DNA from: an uncultured Opitutales bacterium
GTDB lineage: Bacteria; Verrucomicrobiota; Verrucomicrobiia; Opitutales; CAYWEO01
Reading direction: 5' to 3'
NCBI GenBank assembly: GCA_964457855.1
Contig: CAYWEO010000006.1
Span: 1 to 61,912, forward strand
Length of the DNA: 61,912 nucleotides
Shown here: in pieces, positions 9,370-18,210 of the stretch
Layout of the letters: each line of letters opens with the position of its first letter
Position numbering within the stretch: position 1 is the stretch's first letter
Notes under the pieces: generated by a model
The model's database searches: none
What the model was told of the DNA's origin: nothing
The model's input: the letters and a program-made list of their open reading frames with translations, nothing else
Position numbers and translations under genes: made by a program

Positions 9370-11238
9370 ATGGAATCCAAACGAGCTTTTGAGTCTTACC
9401 CCAAGGGGATGCCGCGCTTAGTGTTTTTTTACGCTTTGGTCGGTGGGTCGCTGTTGATTTTGTGGCTGGGGCTGTTTTGGAGGCAGGTGGTTTGCGGGAA
9501 AGTGTTTGATGATCAAGGGAAAGCGCAAAGTCTTAGGCGTATCGTGCTTGTGCCCTCCCGCGGAAAGATTTTTGACCGGAAAGGGCGTTTGTTGGCGGGA
9601 GATCGTCCACGTTATTCGGCGGTTATTTATTTGAACGAATTGAGGCCGGAATTTCGTGCTTTGTACGCGAAATCTGTAGAAAATTACCGACGTCTGAAGA
9701 AACCTTTCAGCAAGGATGAGTTGCAGTGGAGTGTGCGAAGGGACGTTGTTCAGCGGCACGTTGACGTGATGAATCGCCTCCTCAAAAAGCGCATACAAGT
9801 CGATAGCAAACGCATAGAGCTGCATTTTTCTCAGCGTTTGTTGCTGCCAATGAAGGTGTTAGAGGACCTTTCTGAAGACGATTATGCAAAGCTGATGACG
9901 CGGTTGCCGGCGGGGTCTCCGATCCAAATAGCCATTGATAGCGTCCGGTATTATCCCTATGGTTCTGCAGCCTGCCACGCGTTGGGATACGTCGTCAACG
10001 ATTCTGCCGATGCGGGGGATGGGGGTGAGGAAGATTTGATGACGTTTTCAGGCCAAGAAAGGGTTGGCAAAACGGGATTGGAGGCCTCCTTTGATTCCTG
10101 GCTACGCGGGACCAGCGGGGGCGAAATTTGGTTGGTGGACCCCTCTGGAATGCAATATGAACGTTTGTTGGCGATCAAGGCGCAGGCCGGCAGGGACCTT
10201 TATACGAGCCTCGATATTGACTCGCAGATTGCTTGCGAACGTGCGTTTGGAGACGAATGCGGCGCCATCGTGATGCTAAAGGTCGCAACGGGGGAAGTCT
10301 TAGCGATGGTAAGCAAGCCGGATTTTGACTTAAATGATTTGACTCCAAAGATTTCCAACAAGGTTTACGACGATATTTCAGAAAAGGGGGCTTGGATCAA
10401 TCGTGCCCTCCAAGGACTTTATCCGCCCGCGTCACCCTTCAAACTCGTTGCGACAACGGCGATGCTGCGGAAAGGTGTTGTTGACGAGAGTAGTTTTGTT
10501 GAATGCACGGGCGGATACGAGGTGGGCGATCGGACATTCCACTGCCATCGGCTTAGCGGACACGGTTTCGTGAAGCTAAAGGAGGCGATTCAGTTGAGCT
10601 GCAATCCCTTTTACTACAAATATGCCCTGCGCTGCGGCCCGAGAGACATTTGCGCTGAAGCAAAGGCGTTCGGGTTCGATAAACCCACCGGCATTGAACT
10701 CCCGTTCGAGGCCCACAGAATGTTGGTTCCAGACCCCGATTGGAAGATGCTCAAAGGATTGGGTCGCTGGACGGATGGAGACACGGCGAATTTGGTCATC
10801 GGCCAAGGATTTACGCGCATCACTCCCCTCCAAATGGCGTGTTTTGTTGCTTCCATTGCACATCAAAAAATGCGCATAAAACCGACCATTTTACGCTGCG
10901 ACGGCCCTCAAACCGGCGATCAAGAACCGTTAGGCCTCAGCGCAGAAAAATACCAGGCGATCGTCAATGGAATGATCGGAAGCGTCGACGAAGGTACTGG
11001 CCAGCGCGCTCAGGTCGCCGGCCTCAACCTCGCCGGAAAAACAGGGACCGGTCAAATCCAGTTAGACCGCCCAGGCAAATTCAAAAATATCGCTTGGTTC
11101 GTCGGTTTTGCACCCGCTCAGGCCCCCGAAATCGCCCTCGTCATCCTCATCGAACGCAGCCCTGAGGGCTACGGCATCACCGGTGGCATGACCGCCTCGC
11201 CCATTGCACAGGCCATTTTACGTGATTGGGTGCAATAA
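9370..11238 (+). CDS. mrdA: Penicillin-binding protein 2 (elongasome transpeptidase)
   Basis: Has an N-terminal TM segment and the motifs SPFK (SxxK), SCN (SxN) and KTGT. It lies next to mreBCD. Confidence 0.9.
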   Translation: MESKRAFESYPKGMPRLVFFYALVGGSLLILWLGLFWRQVVCGKVFDDQGKAQSLRRIVLVPSRGKIFDRKGRLLAGDRPRYSAVIYLNELRPEFRALYAKSVENYRRLKKPFSKDELQWSVRRDVVQRHVDVMNRLLKKRIQVDSKRIELHFSQRLLLPMKVLEDLSEDDYAKLMTRLPAGSPIQIAIDSVRYYPYGSAACHALGYVVNDSADAGDGGEEDLMTFSGQERVGKTGLEASFDSWLRGTSGGEIWLVDPSGMQYERLLAIKAQAGRDLYTSLDIDSQIACERAFGDECGAIVMLKVATGEVLAMVSKPDFDLNDLTPKISNKVYDDISEKGAWINRALQGLYPPASPFKLVATTAMLRKGVVDESSFVECTGGYEVGDRTFHCHRLSGHGFVKLKEAIQLSCNPFYYKYALRCGPRDICAEAKAFGFDKPTGIELPFEAHRMLVPDPDWKMLKGLGRWTDGDTANLVIGQGFTRITPLQMACFVASIAHQKMRIKPTILRCDGPQTGDQEPLGLSAEKYQAIVNGMIGSVDEGTGQRAQVAGLNLAGKTGTGQIQLDRPGKFKNIAWFVGFAPAQAPEIALVILIERSPEGYGITGGMTASPIAQAILRDWVQ

Positions 11239-11310
11239 AGTATTCCGGAGGGGGTATTTTTTGCAAAAACAACCCCCTCGCAGTCTCCCCTGAAAAAACT
11301 CTTATTTGAC

Positions 11311-11434
11311 ACCGTAGCGATTTCGAGCGCTAGGGTTCCGTTACAGGAAAATTCCAACCCCATCACGTACGTTAGTACGCTCAGGGGTTAAAATTTTCCC
11401 GTAGCCGTCCCTATCATCTCGAACTTACTACGGT
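11311..11434 (+). repeat. L element copy L2 (subfamily LA)
   Basis: Sequence by helix: ACCGTAGCGATTTCGAG-CGC-TAGGG-TTCCG-TTACAGG...CC-ATCA-CGTAC-GTTA-GTACG-CTCA-GG...CCGTAG-CCGT-CCCTA-TCAT-CTCGAACTTACTACGGT. Confidence 0.9.
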
Positions 11435-11523
11435 GCCACACTTGAAGCTTCGGGAAAACTCCCCTTTTTTTGCTCAGCATGAGCAAAAAATATCGCTTTT
11501 CTTTGGAGGGTGCGGGAACCGTT

Positions 11524-11667
11524 GGGACCTCGGGCGTGGCTTCTCTTTCGAGATGATAGGCAGGCGACCAAGGTCGCAAATTGCGCGCGTATTGTAATAC
11601 GTAAGCAATTTGAGATCCGATGGGCAACGCACCTAGCGCTCGAAATAGATGCTACGCACGTGGTTCC
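11524..11667 (-). repeat. L element copy L3 (subfamily LC, opposite orientation)
   Basis: Reads GAG-ATGA-TAGG...GCAAATTGC-GCG-CGTAT-TGTA-ATACG-TAA-GCAATTTG...CCTA-GCG-CTC, with a 29-nt outer stem related to that of L1. Confidence 0.85.
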
Positions 11668-11784
11668 ATTCTTTTCTGATGATAAGAAAGTTTTCCGAAT
11701 TAGCTTTCCTTCTTCCCCTCCTCTAAAAACACGATTGACAGTGGGGGTAATTTATGGCTTCTTTATGAGTTTTCACCAAAAAGT

Positions 11785-12744
11785 ATGCGATTAAGGATTG
11801 AGCGGGCGTCGGAGTTTTTATTATTCGATTTATCGATTAGGGAGACCTCTTTGAAGGGGGTTTGGTACCTGTGTGTCTTGTATTTGGGGACGATTTTGTT
11901 GGCGGTGGGGGTGTCTCCTTGGATTTATTGGGCGATGCAGCTGTGGAGGGACTGGTTTCCGAACGACCTGAATCGTTATTTGTGCGGGAAGGATTTTATT
12001 GATTACTTTGAGCGCGTGAGGTGGATCGCGGTTTTGGTTTTTCTGCCGTGGTTGTTGAGGGCTTGCCGTGTTGGGTCGTTGAAGCGCTTGGGTGTGTGTT
12101 GGGAATGGAAGGCTTTTTGGCGTTATGGGCTTTTTGGCATTGGGATGTTGATCCTTTTGAGCCTTGCGCAGGGGTTTGCGGGAAAAGTCACGTTTACAGG
12201 GGGGCGGTTGGCGTCGTTGGTGAATTTCGTCTTAGCGGGCCTGATTTTGGGGTTTGTGGAGGAAGTGCTGTTTCGCGGGATCGTTCTGAGACTGTTTTAT
12301 TCGGCAACTAAGACTCCTTTGGTGGCGGCAGTATTGAGCGCATTATTGTTCGCCTACACGCACTTTAAGGCTCCCGTTGGGGGGCACGTCGGTCAAGTGC
12401 TTTGGAACAGCGCTGTTCCGGCGGGCATGCAAACGGTGTGGGGAATTTTCCAGTCCTTCGACTGCGTTTTGTTCATGAATTTATTTGGACTGGGTTTGTT
12501 TTTAAACCTGCTGTTCTTGAGAAAACGGACGTTGATTCCGTGCATTGCCTTCCATGCGGGAATCGTGTTTGCAATGTTGGCGTACAAGCGGTTTTTCCGT
12601 ATCGAAGTGATTGATTGGAAGGCGTTTTTGGGGTCTAATCGGGTGACAGATGCGTGGTTCGTGTTCGCCGTATGGGTGATTGGCATCAGCATTTTAATGT
12701 TCAAATTGGGGAAGGGTGGCCGTGAAAAAGTGGAGTTGGCTTAA
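11785..12744 (+). CDS. CPBP family intramembrane glutamic protease (CAAX protease-like)
   Basis: Carries the EExxxR motif (VEEVLFRG) and later His motifs (FAYTHF, AFHAG) in a polytopic membrane protein. Confidence 0.8.
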   Translation: MRLRIERASEFLLFDLSIRETSLKGVWYLCVLYLGTILLAVGVSPWIYWAMQLWRDWFPNDLNRYLCGKDFIDYFERVRWIAVLVFLPWLLRACRVGSLKRLGVCWEWKAFWRYGLFGIGMLILLSLAQGFAGKVTFTGGRLASLVNFVLAGLILGFVEEVLFRGIVLRLFYSATKTPLVAAVLSALLFAYTHFKAPVGGHVGQVLWNSAVPAGMQTVWGIFQSFDCVLFMNLFGLGLFLNLLFLRKRTLIPCIAFHAGIVFAMLAYKRFFRIEVIDWKAFLGSNRVTDAWFVFAVWVIGISILMFKLGKGGREKVELA

Positions 12745-13477
12745 GAAAATTGACGGGCTTTTGGACGCCATTTTCCCGAGGCATTGCATCCATTGCGGTC
12801 AGTGGATGGGAATGGGCGGGGATGGGCGGTATGTGTGCGCGAAGTGCCTTGCGCAATTGATTTCCATCGATCAGAGGAGCTGCGAGATTTGCGGTAAACC
12901 GCTTTTCGAGGGAGTGACGTTTGAGGGCGTCTGTTTGGATTGCCGTGAAGCGGATTTTCATTTTCAAAGAGGACGGTCTGCCTTTCTGCTAAAAGGCGTT
13001 GGACAGCGACTGATTCACGAACTAAAGTACCGAAAAGGGTGGTACTTAAAGACGGATTTCATGACTATTTTGAAGAAAATGGACAGCTTTTTAGATTTTT
13101 ATCGCGGGGTGACTTTGGTTCCGGTCCCTTTGCATGCGCAGAGGAAGCGAGAACGGGGGTTCAATCAGAGTGAGTGGATTGCGTCGTTATTGGCATCGAT
13201 TAATCCCGATTCCGCGGTTAAAAACATCCTGGAACGGACCAAAAAGACGTTGAGCCAAACGGGGTTGGAGCGTGAAGAGCGTTGTAAGAACGTTGAGGGA
13301 GCTTTTCGCCTGAAACCGGGAGAGAAAATTGACAAAGATCAACCCTATTGTTTGGTCGACGATGTCTATACAACTGGGGCAACAGTGAACGCTTGTGCTA
13401 AAGTGCTTGCTATTCGTGGAGCAAAGAGTATTTCAGTAATAACATTAGGTCGTAGCATGTATGGTATTCTTCAGTAA
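12716..13477 (+). CDS. ComF family protein (phosphoribosyltransferase domain)
   Basis: Has N-terminal Cys pairs (CIHCG, CAKC, CEICG, CLDC) and the PRTase motif [12 protein letters not shown]. Confidence 0.8.
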   Translation: MAVKKWSWLKKIDGLLDAIFPRHCIHCGQWMGMGGDGRYVCAKCLAQLISIDQRSCEICGKPLFEGVTFEGVCLDCREADFHFQRGRSAFLLKGVGQRLIHELKYRKGWYLKTDFMTILKKMDSFLDFYRGVTLVPVPLHAQRKRERGFNQSEWIASLLASINPDSAVKNILERTKKTLSQTGLEREERCKNVEGAFRLKPGEKIDKDQPYCLVDDVYTTGATVNACAKVLAIRGAKSISVITLGRSMYGILQ

Positions 13478-14312
13478 ACCAAAATATTCAACGGTAGACG
13501 TCAGGCGCAACACGATTCCTGAGGGATTGTGGACAAAGTGTCCGGCAACTGGCGAAATTATTTACAATCGCGATTTGGAGCAAAATTGGATGGTTGTGCC
13601 TGGAAGTCATTACCATTTTCCGTTGGACGCGTGCACAAGGATCCGTTTGATGATTGATGAGGGAACTTTCGAAGAGAAAGACGCTGAGTTAACTTCAATG
13701 GATCCGTTAAATTTTACGGCTACGGTCGCTTATCCTGAGAAAATTAAGGAATATCAGGCAAAAACGGGAATGCGGGATGCCGTTGTTACGGGACTTGGTA
13801 AAATCGATGGACGACTCATCAGCTTGGCGGTCATGGACTTTCGCTTCTTGGGGGCGAGCATGGGCAGCGTCGTTGGGGAAAAGATCACACGGAGTATCGA
13901 ACGCGCAACGGAGATGGGCCTACCGCTGGTGATCGTCAGTGCCTCGGGTGGTGCTCGCATGTACGAAGGAATTTTAAGCCTGATGCAGATGGCAAAGACG
14001 AGTGCGGCGCTGCAACGATTGAGCCGCAAGGGGTTGCCGTTTATTTCCATTTTAACGAACCCCACGATGGCTGGAGTCATGGCAAGCTTTGCGTCCTTAG
14101 GAGATCTCATTTTGGCGGAACCTGGCGCCTTGATCGGCTTTGCGGGGGCCCGCGTGATCAAGGAGACAACGCATCAGGACCTGCCGAAAAATTTCCAAAC
14201 GGCAGAATTCCTTCTCGAACACGGCCTGATCGATCAAGTAGTCTCGCGTCTTGAGCTCAAGAAACGCGTGAGTGGTTTTTTATCCGTTTTTCAATACCAT
14301 CGAAAACAGTGA
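13461..14312 (+). CDS. accD: Acetyl-CoA carboxylase carboxyltransferase beta subunit
   Basis: Shows AccD-like N-terminal and crotonase-fold motifs ([15 protein letters not shown]). The accD-folC synteny matches that in E. coli. Confidence 0.9.
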   Translation: MVFFSKPKYSTVDVRRNTIPEGLWTKCPATGEIIYNRDLEQNWMVVPGSHYHFPLDACTRIRLMIDEGTFEEKDAELTSMDPLNFTATVAYPEKIKEYQAKTGMRDAVVTGLGKIDGRLISLAVMDFRFLGASMGSVVGEKITRSIERATEMGLPLVIVSASGGARMYEGILSLMQMAKTSAALQRLSRKGLPFISILTNPTMAGVMASFASLGDLILAEPGALIGFAGARVIKETTHQDLPKNFQTAEFLLEHGLIDQVVSRLELKKRVSGFLSVFQYHRKQ

Positions 14313-14321
14313 GGACGTAAA

Positions 14322-15689
14322 ATGCAAGTGGAGGAATGCATGCAAAATCGTGAGGCTTTAGAGGCTTTTTTGTACAGTTTGAGGCATCTTGGGGGCAGAT
14401 GTGCGCTCGACGGCATGGAAAGGCTCATGCGAGCTTTAGGGGATCCGCAAAAGCGTTACTTGGCCATTCACGTTGCTGGGACGAATGGAAAGGGGTCTGT
14501 TTGCGCGTTTTTGGAGTCCATTTATCGCCATGCGAGTTATAAGGTGGGCATGTACACCTCTCCGCATCTTGTTGCTATAGAAGAACGGATTCAAGTTAAT
14601 CGCGAACTCATTCCATGGGAACGACTAGCGTTGTATTGCCAAAAAATACAAAAAACTGTGGACGAGAACGGTTTAGAGACCCCATCGTTTTTCGAGTGGA
14701 TGACGGCAATCGCGTTTTTATATTTTGCCGACGAAGCCGTTGATATAGCGATCATTGAGGTCGGGATTGGGGGGCGCTTGGATGCCACGAATATCCTGGA
14801 TCCGGCGATTTCAGTGATCACGTCCATCGGATTGGATCATGTGGAGCTTTTAGGAAACACGACACGGGAAATTGCTCAGGAAAAGGGTGGAATTATTAAA
14901 CCTTGGAAACCCGTCGTATTGGGCAACCTAGATGAGGAATCTGAGGGAGTCATTCGTAAAATGGCGCAATCAATCAAGAGCACTGTACACACTGTCTACG
15001 AACGCTTTGGAGATGATATCGACGATTATCCAGTCGCATCTTTAGAGGGTGACCACCAACGTGAAAATGCTGCTGTTGCGCGATTAACGTGCGAAGTTCT
15101 ACGCAATCAGGTGTTTATCGGTGACGATGCTATCGAAAATGGTCTGAAAAATACGCTTTGGGACGGTCGTTGGCAGAGAATTTCCCTAAAAAATTCCGTA
15201 AAACTCATTTTGGACGGAACACACAACGAGTTGGGAATGATCTACTTAGAGCAATTGCTTAAAAAATGGACAAAACACCATCACGAAAAGCTAGTCATTA
15301 TTGTAGGCGTCCTTGGCGAGTTTCGTGCAAAGAGTTTGATCCCAAAGTTAGCGAAATACGCCAATGAGTTCATCTTCGTGCAGCCTAACAGCGAAAAGGC
15401 CCTAGACGGCAGCGCCTTACGAACATTGATTCCTCCTTACTTTAAAGGCAACGTTCGCGACGGTAACGTCGCTGAATTGTTTTCATCAAAAGGCTTCTTA
15501 GCCAACCCACACGAACCCATAACCGTCCTCGTTACGGGGTCTCTCTATCTCGTTGGCGACGTATTGACGGCCTTGATTTTGAGCGGCGAGTTCGTTGCGC
15601 ATCGGATCTTGATGCCATCACGTTTCCGGGAAACCCCCTTTTTTATAAAAAAGGGGGTTTCCCGGACCCTTCCGCCAAAAAACTCTTAA
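14322..15689 (+). CDS. folC: Folylpolyglutamate synthase / dihydrofolate synthase
   Basis: Carries the Mur-ligase P-loop HVAGTNGKGS and the FolC end motif VTGSLYLVGDVL. About 36 extra C-terminal codons and the stop are encoded by repeats L4, H1 and the linker. Confidence 0.9.
   Translation: MQVEECMQNREALEAFLYSLRHLGGRCALDGMERLMRALGDPQKRYLAIHVAGTNGKGSVCAFLESIYRHASYKVGMYTSPHLVAIEERIQVNRELIPWERLALYCQKIQKTVDENGLETPSFFEWMTAIAFLYFADEAVDIAIIEVGIGGRLDATNILDPAISVITSIGLDHVELLGNTTREIAQEKGGIIKPWKPVVLGNLDEESEGVIRKMAQSIKSTVHTVYERFGDDIDDYPVASLEGDHQRENAAVARLTCEVLRNQVFIGDDAIENGLKNTLWDGRWQRISLKNSVKLILDGTHNELGMIYLEQLLKKWTKHHHEKLVIIVGVLGEFRAKSLIPKLAKYANEFIFVQPNSEKALDGSALRTLIPPYFKGNVRDGNVAELFSSKGFLANPHEPITVLVTGSLYLVGDVLTALILSGEFVAHRILMPSRFRETPFFIKKGVSRTLPPKNS
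15574..15621 (+). repeat. L element copy L4 (truncated; 5' half only)
   Basis: GATTTTGAG-CGG-CGAG-TTCGTT-GCGC-ATCGGATCTTGATGCC-ATCACG is then cut off by H1. Confidence 0.8.
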
Positions 15690-15798
15690 TTCGGAAGGCA
15701 TTTTTTGGCACTTAGTGCCAAAAAATGCCTTCCGATATGACTTTTCTTTGAAAGGTTCGGAAAACGTTTCTTTTCTTCTGAAAAGAAACGTTTTCCGA
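15625..15798 (+). repeat. Complete tripartite hairpin mosaic (H1-H2-H3), a near-canonical copy
   Basis: H1 lies at 15625-15664, H2 at 15690-15734 and H3 at 15755-15798. All three are near-perfect palindromes. Confidence 0.92.
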
Positions 15799-15817
15799 AT
15801 ATTCCTTCCTCCCCCAA

Positions 15818-16531
15818 TCAAGGTCCGATCGTGAATTTGTAGGTGCCGGGGGATAGTTGGATATTTGGGGATGTTTGGAGGAAGGATTTGACAGCGGAGT
15901 CGATGGTCTCGATGCCGGAATGGGATTCTAGGATGATGTAGCGTTTCCCGTGGTTTTCGATGAGGGTGCCGATGATGGGTTTTTCCCAATAAGTTGTTTT
16001 TGACAGTACCGAGGCGGGGAAATGGAAGGTCATTTCGGTGGATTTGTTGGTGTCTGTGAACGTTAGGACGTGGTTTCTGGACGCAAGGGCAGTATTGATG
16101 GGGTAAGGATTTTGGCCGAAGATGGACAAGAAATTCCAATGGTGGTCGAGAAGATAGTTGGCGAGAGATGCGAAGTGGGGCCTTGAGGCCTTTTCTCCCA
16201 TCTTTTCTGGATGGAAGTGGCGAATGAGGAGGAGGGGCTTGGGGTAGTGAGAGTGCGTGAGGGCATGGAAGGTGTTTGCAATGTTGATCGCATTCGGGAC
16301 GTCATTGAGGGACGTTTGAATAAAAAGGGGGCTGAGGTCATTGAGGGCAGCCTGCTCGCTTTCAATGGAATCGGTTGAGAGGTCGATGAAAGTGATGAAT
16401 GCGGGGGCGTTGACGAGGGGTTTTGCTGGAGGATGGAGGGGGATCGTAAAGACGAGCCATGCGAGCAGAATGGAACCCATCGATGCTAACAGGCAAATCA
16501 GCGAATTTTTTAGAAATTTATGGCTTTTCAT
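15818..16531 (-). CDS. Membrane-anchored hypothetical protein, possibly a TonB-like partner of ExbBD
   Basis: Has an N-terminal TM segment. Lies downstream of exbB-exbD on the same strand. The C-terminal segment RYIILESHSGIETIDSAVKSFL loosely resembles a TonB C-terminal domain. No Pro-rich spacer is present. Confidence 0.4.
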   Translation of the reverse strand: MKSHKFLKNSLICLLASMGSILLAWLVFTIPLHPPAKPLVNAPAFITFIDLSTDSIESEQAALNDLSPLFIQTSLNDVPNAINIANTFHALTHSHYPKPLLLIRHFHPEKMGEKASRPHFASLANYLLDHHWNFLSIFGQNPYPINTALASRNHVLTFTDTNKSTEMTFHFPASVLSKTTYWEKPIIGTLIENHGKRYIILESHSGIETIDSAVKSFLQTSPNIQLSPGTYKFTIGP

Positions 16532-16604
16532 GGCTTTTGTTGGTTAATACGTCCAAATCCCGGGCGTGGCGTTTATTTCGAGGTCAATGAGCAAGCACAA
16601 ACCG

Positions 16605-16740
16605 CAGACAGTGCCGATTTTGAGATAACGAGCAGGCGCGTGATAATTTTAACCCCCGAGCGTACTGTAGTACGTGACGGGGTTGAAATTTGAGCGCAAC
16701 GAACTCGCCGCTCAAAATCGGCACTGTCTGGAGGCAAGGT
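16605..16740 (-). repeat. L element copy L5 (LB-type base, LA-type apex) with a perfect 20-bp outer stem
   Basis: CAGACAGTGCCGATTTTGAG pairs with CTCAAAATCGGCACTGTCTG. The basal loop is ATAA opposite CCG. An LC-like arm fragment lies at 16561-16582. The right arm supplies the last 5 codons and the stop of exbD. Confidence 0.88.
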
Positions 16741-17143
16741 GGACTTTGACGAAGCCCGCATCCCTTGCCTGAGAACACAGCGTCAACACTTGTTGTATGG
16801 AACAGGATTGGTCGCATTTGATTAGCAGGATTGGGTTGGCATTGTTGCGTTTTCCATGAAGGTATTTTTGAAGCGCGCTTGAGATGGAATTTGCATGATA
16901 TGTGTTGTCTTCAAATAAGATAGTGTCGGCGTTAATGATCGTGAGAACGCTGTCATAAAGGGTTCCTTGCAAATGCTGAGGGGAGGATGTCGTGGGGAGT
17001 TCTATTGACATTCCAGGGGCCATGAAAAGGCGATTTCCGAGAGCGTACAAGAGGATAACGATGAGGAAAACGTTGATGAAAGGAACGCAATCCCACGAGT
17101 TGTTTATTCGACGTTCGGGTAAATTGAGGAGATTGAGGAGCAT
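16712..17143 (-). CDS. exbD: Biopolymer transport protein ExbD/TolR family
   Basis: Has a single N-terminal TM segment (PFINVFLIVILL) and the size typical of ExbD/TolR. It follows exbB. Confidence 0.8.
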   Translation of the reverse strand: MLLNLLNLPERRINNSWDCVPFINVFLIVILLYALGNRLFMAPGMSIELPTTSSPQHLQGTLYDSVLTIINADTILFEDNTYHANSISSALQKYLHGKRNNANPILLIKCDQSCSIQQVLTLCSQARDAGFVKVHLASRQCRF

Positions 17144-17145
17144 GG

Positions 17146-17823
17146 TCAGACGTTACTTGGAGCAGAATTTTGTTTCAGTTCGTAAGCAAGAAAACCGAGA
17201 ATTTCGTGAGTCGCCCACTCCATGTCGTTGATTAATGCACGCAGACGGCCATTTAGGAAATAATGGACCAAGAATGTGATGCTGGAGATCGCGAGCCCTA
17301 AGAGTGTGCAAAGCAGTGCAGAATAGATGTTTGGCGCAAAGGACTGGATAGAAGAGTAAGGACCGAGCAGTTCGAGCTTCCAAAAGCCGTTGCATAACGC
17401 TAAGCAAGTTCCCGAGAGTCCTAAAAGAGGGGTGATTTTCGCAATGACGGCGATGGAACCGAGTCGGCGTTCTAACGTAAAGAGCTCAATGAGAGCGGTT
17501 TTTTGAATTTCGGAAAGAATTCGCTCGTTCGGTTCCTTACAATGCAAGAGAGCTGTTTTTGTGATTTTTGGAACGGATCCAGGAGTTTCCTGACAGAGCG
17601 TGATGGCTTCCAAGACGCGTTGTTTACTAAGGAGGTTTTTGATGCCCTCGAGAAAGTCGTAGGCCTTAATTTTCCCCTTGTGGAGGAACAAGAAACGCTC
17701 CAAAGAGAACACGAGGGCGAGGATTCCGAGGAAAAGGATCGGCCAAACGAAAGGGCCGCCTTTGACGAGCAACTGAAATAATGACATAGAAAATAATACA
17801 ATTAACTTGCTAATCGTGGACAA
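17146..17823 (-). CDS. exbB: MotA/TolQ/ExbB proton channel family protein
   Basis: Has three TM segments and the conserved C-terminal region LLGLSGTCLAL...ALLCTLLGL. Confidence 0.85.
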   Translation of the reverse strand: MSTISKLIVLFSMSLFQLLVKGGPFVWPILFLGILALVFSLERFLFLHKGKIKAYDFLEGIKNLLSKQRVLEAITLCQETPGSVPKITKTALLHCKEPNERILSEIQKTALIELFTLERRLGSIAVIAKITPLLGLSGTCLALCNGFWKLELLGPYSSIQSFAPNIYSALLCTLLGLAISSITFLVHYFLNGRLRALINDMEWATHEILGFLAYELKQNSAPSNV

Positions 17824-17874
17824 GTTTATTCATTATTAAATTTTCCGATATTTTAAAATTATTTTTTTGAATTT

Positions 17875-18189
17875 ATGCAAATAACAACAACATTACTCAT
17901 CGGTCAGGCTGCGACAGCAGGTGCAAATGGCGGTTTCTCATCTATATTGATGATAGGCTTATTTTTTCTCGCTTTCTGGTTCTTGATGATAGCGCCTCAA
18001 CGTAAACGTCAGAAGCTGCAGACAAAAATGCTGGCTGAATTGAAAATTGGTGATCCAGTGATGACGAGTGGTGGCATTTATGGTGTCATTATGAGTATAA
18101 AGGACGATCGTTTCGTGATCAAAACCTGCGATGAGACGAAATTTGAGATACAACGTTCTTTTGTTCAATCGAAAGTTGAAAAGAAGTAA
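17875..18189 (+). CDS. yajC: Preprotein translocase subunit YajC
   Basis: Carries the YajC signature MIAPQRKRQK...GDPVMTSGGIYGVI. It lies upstream of secDF. Confidence 0.85.
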   Translation: MQITTTLLIGQAATAGANGGFSSILMIGLFFLAFWFLMIAPQRKRQKLQTKMLAELKIGDPVMTSGGIYGVIMSIKDDRFVIKTCDETKFEIQRSFVQSKVEKK

Positions 18190-18210
18190 AATTGTGTTTT
18201 AATCGGTTTT

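Larger units (their letters stand above)
11245..11699 (+). repeat. Compound repeat locus: H1, linker, L2, H2-like hairpin, linker, and H3 interrupted by L3
   Basis: H1 lies at 11245-11282. The H2-like hairpin is TTTTTTGCTCAGCATGAGCAAAAAA, followed by the linker TATCGCTTTTCTTTGGAGGG. The H3 halves flank L3. Confidence 0.85.

Noticed and set aside
9144-9380. A 78-aa ORF, with similar ORFs at 2061-2252, 15618-16139, 25315-25524, 41622-41807, 51929-52225, 56843-57043, 58087-58290, 59619-59966 and 60862-61248. All contain peptides such as [23 protein letters not shown] and AFRY.
   Set aside because: These ORFs are simply translations of the repeat modules in various frames. The same peptides recur wherever a repeat occurs. 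The ORFs lack independent coding context and overlap structured palindromes.
15700-15725. A sigma-54 promoter inside H2, based on TGGCAC in TTTTTGGCACTTAGTGCCAAAAA.
   Set aside because: The -12 element TTGC(A/T) is not present at the required spacing after TGGCAC; the sequence continues with the palindromic GTGCCA. The inner stem is also not conserved between copies.
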